Origin: Podarcis pityusensis
Taxonomy: Eukaryota
Direction: 5' to 3' (one strand)
Assembly (NCBI GenBank): GCA_964106645.2
Contig: OZ067039.1
DNA length: 64,000 nt
In this document: positions 62,229-64,000 of the stretch, piece by piece
Position numbering within the stretch: the stretch's first letter is position 1
How the letters are laid out: each line of letters opens with the position of its first letter
Translations under genes and position numbers: made by a program
Notes under the pieces: generated by a model
The model's input: the letters and a program-made list of their open reading frames with translations, nothing else
The model's database searches: none
What the model was told of the DNA's origin: nothing

Positions 62229-63767
62229 ACTCTGCATACTGGCATGGTGAGGAGCACCTTTGCTATGCAGCTCAATATAATTAGTATTCAGTATAGAGAA
62301 TTGGGTGCTGTTCATATTCCTGGAATGACCTGGGCATGACCTCAGATAATGAGCAAGAGGATGTGGCTAAAACACCTTTAGATTCCTGCCAGCATTGCTA
62401 ATTCAAGCTCTTAATCAGTACATGTGGTTAATCTAAAATGCCAACCAGAGCTTTATAGAAATATCACAGAAATGTCAGCATCATTAGGCTGAACAGCATT
62501 ATTTTATTTATTTATAAGATTTCTTACTTGCCCTACACCATAAGGGTCCAGGACAGGTTACAACAATATAACAATATATTAAAGTCAGTTAAAACAATTT
62601 ACATCAGGAGAGTAGGTTGGGTCCTAAAATTCAATTTAAAAATACAATAGTAAAATGAAAAAGTACTTTGCAACCATAGTACGAATGAATTTTGACAAAT
62701 ATATTAATGTCTTCATTGAAATAATTTGGAGGGTAACATGCTTCAATTTTAGTTCTATTGTGTATTATTTACTTAAAACACTTTTACACCACCCTTCATA
62801 CTATTCACTGCACATTCCATTCAACAGTACAGCTGATAGGGCTGTACAGTTATTAGCCTGAAGAAAATCTCTTTGTTATTTTCAAGTAAGAATAATCATT
62901 GTCTTTTGGGATCAGAGCCTGACTGTGGGCAGAGAAGAGGAAGTGATAGAGCTGCTGAATCCAAACCTAGCCCATTTCCTAGAAAGGTGCCCACAATTCA
63001 CTTCTCTGAAGTGCCAGTGGCAACAGGGGAGAGGGGTTCTTGAATCCGACTTTTGAAATGCTCTTTACCAATATAGGTGTGGGAGAGAAAATAGATCACT
63101 GTCACCCACATGTGTGGGGTAAATAACAACAACAACAAAATGGCTGGATATATGGATTCAAAATGCGGACTTTCTAGCAGGAGAAAACCCTCAGTAGCAG
63201 AGTTTAAACTCAAAAAGTCAAGCAACAGTGTAGTGTTAGGAATATAGGTTGTTAGACCTTTTTATCCTGCTTAGTTGCATACAGAACTCACCTTTTTCTA
63301 CCACTCTTGCAATGAACAAGCCATACACTGTTAAGTAAATTTTAAAATGTTTTACTTACAAAATGTTCCAAAGGTCAGATTCATGCATTTATTCAAGCAG
63401 CAGCAAGGAAAACGCAGGCAGAATACTCTTGGGTAAAGAATACAGAAAGATAGCTTCAAACACGTACTCTAAACTTGGAGCTTCCATGGCATTTCTTCCT
63501 TGGTCAGTTACATGACACAGAAAAAAGGAACAGGAAGAGAAGGCTTCACTTCTTCCCTCATGGAAAAGATGGGATGTGACCTAGCCAAGTTTAGGAACAG
63601 AACTCCCTTGTCTTAACCCCTCCATGCACTAACTAGCACTCATGCATAGTTATGTTTCACTGCAATTTCCCACAGGAACAACAAACATTTGTTTTATCAT
63701 TCTGAAATCAAGACAGATCTTGATTCATTTCAGTTGAAGTTAGGTTGATTTTTATCATTTTAAAAAA

Positions 63768-63788
63768 GTGTGTGTGTGTGTGTGTGTA

Positions 63789-63827
<39 letters not shown>
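63768..63827. repeat. Compound (GT)n(GA)n microsatellite
   Basis: Read directly. Confidence 0.97.
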
Positions 63828-63830
<3 letters not shown>

Positions 63831-64000
63831 ACTGTTCCTACTTGCAACACTGTTATAATGTTGTTTTTATATTCTTGTAAGTTTCTCTGAATATTATTTG
63901 TAATAGAAAAGCGACCTAGAAGCATTTAAAATTAGGTTTTAAATAAATAAATGCAATATTTTGCATTCTCTCTCACACATACTCTTCTTTTTTAAAGGGC

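Noticed and set aside
62998-63115. Possible ARHGEF3 upstream exon (...EPLSPVATGTSEK)
   Set aside because: The nearby GT is in the wrong phase for the common exon, the donor is weak, and there is no recognisable homology

Overview
Vertebrate (squamate) genomic DNA, most likely from a lacertid lizard, judging by the Sauria SINEs, a tRNA-Lys/CR1-tail SINE and a Bov-B tail. It holds two intron-containing genes in tandem on the minus strand. (1) The 5' part of TASOR (FAM208A, core scaffold of the HUSH silencing complex): a CpG-island promoter at about 32.2-33.7 kb and 17 coding exons from 33187 down to 834. I traced these by hand; all have GT-AG sites and consistent phases (2752 nt, about 917 codons), and the gene continues past the left edge. 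(2) The 3' part of ARHGEF3 (XPLN, DH-PH RhoGEF): 9 coding exons from 56069 to the stop at 46415, a long AU-rich 3'UTR, and a candidate alternative first exon (MCCPR...). The rest is intronic or intergenic and rich in transposon debris: L2 and L1 fragments, four TA-target MITE families, solo LTRs (one apparently nested in another), two degraded tyrosine-recombinase (DIRS-order) remnants, SINEs and microsatellites. Most ORFs in the supplied track are spurious. There is no CRISPR array or prokaryote-type system. The best leads are regulatory: an overlapping uORF ending in an AUGA stop/start on TASOR Met7, back-to-back nested LTR promoters about 4.5 kb upstream of TASOR, an exon-8 look-alike that may be a poison exon, and a di-cysteine alternative N-terminus for ARHGEF3. 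All comparisons with human proteins and repeat consensi are from memory, not from a search.
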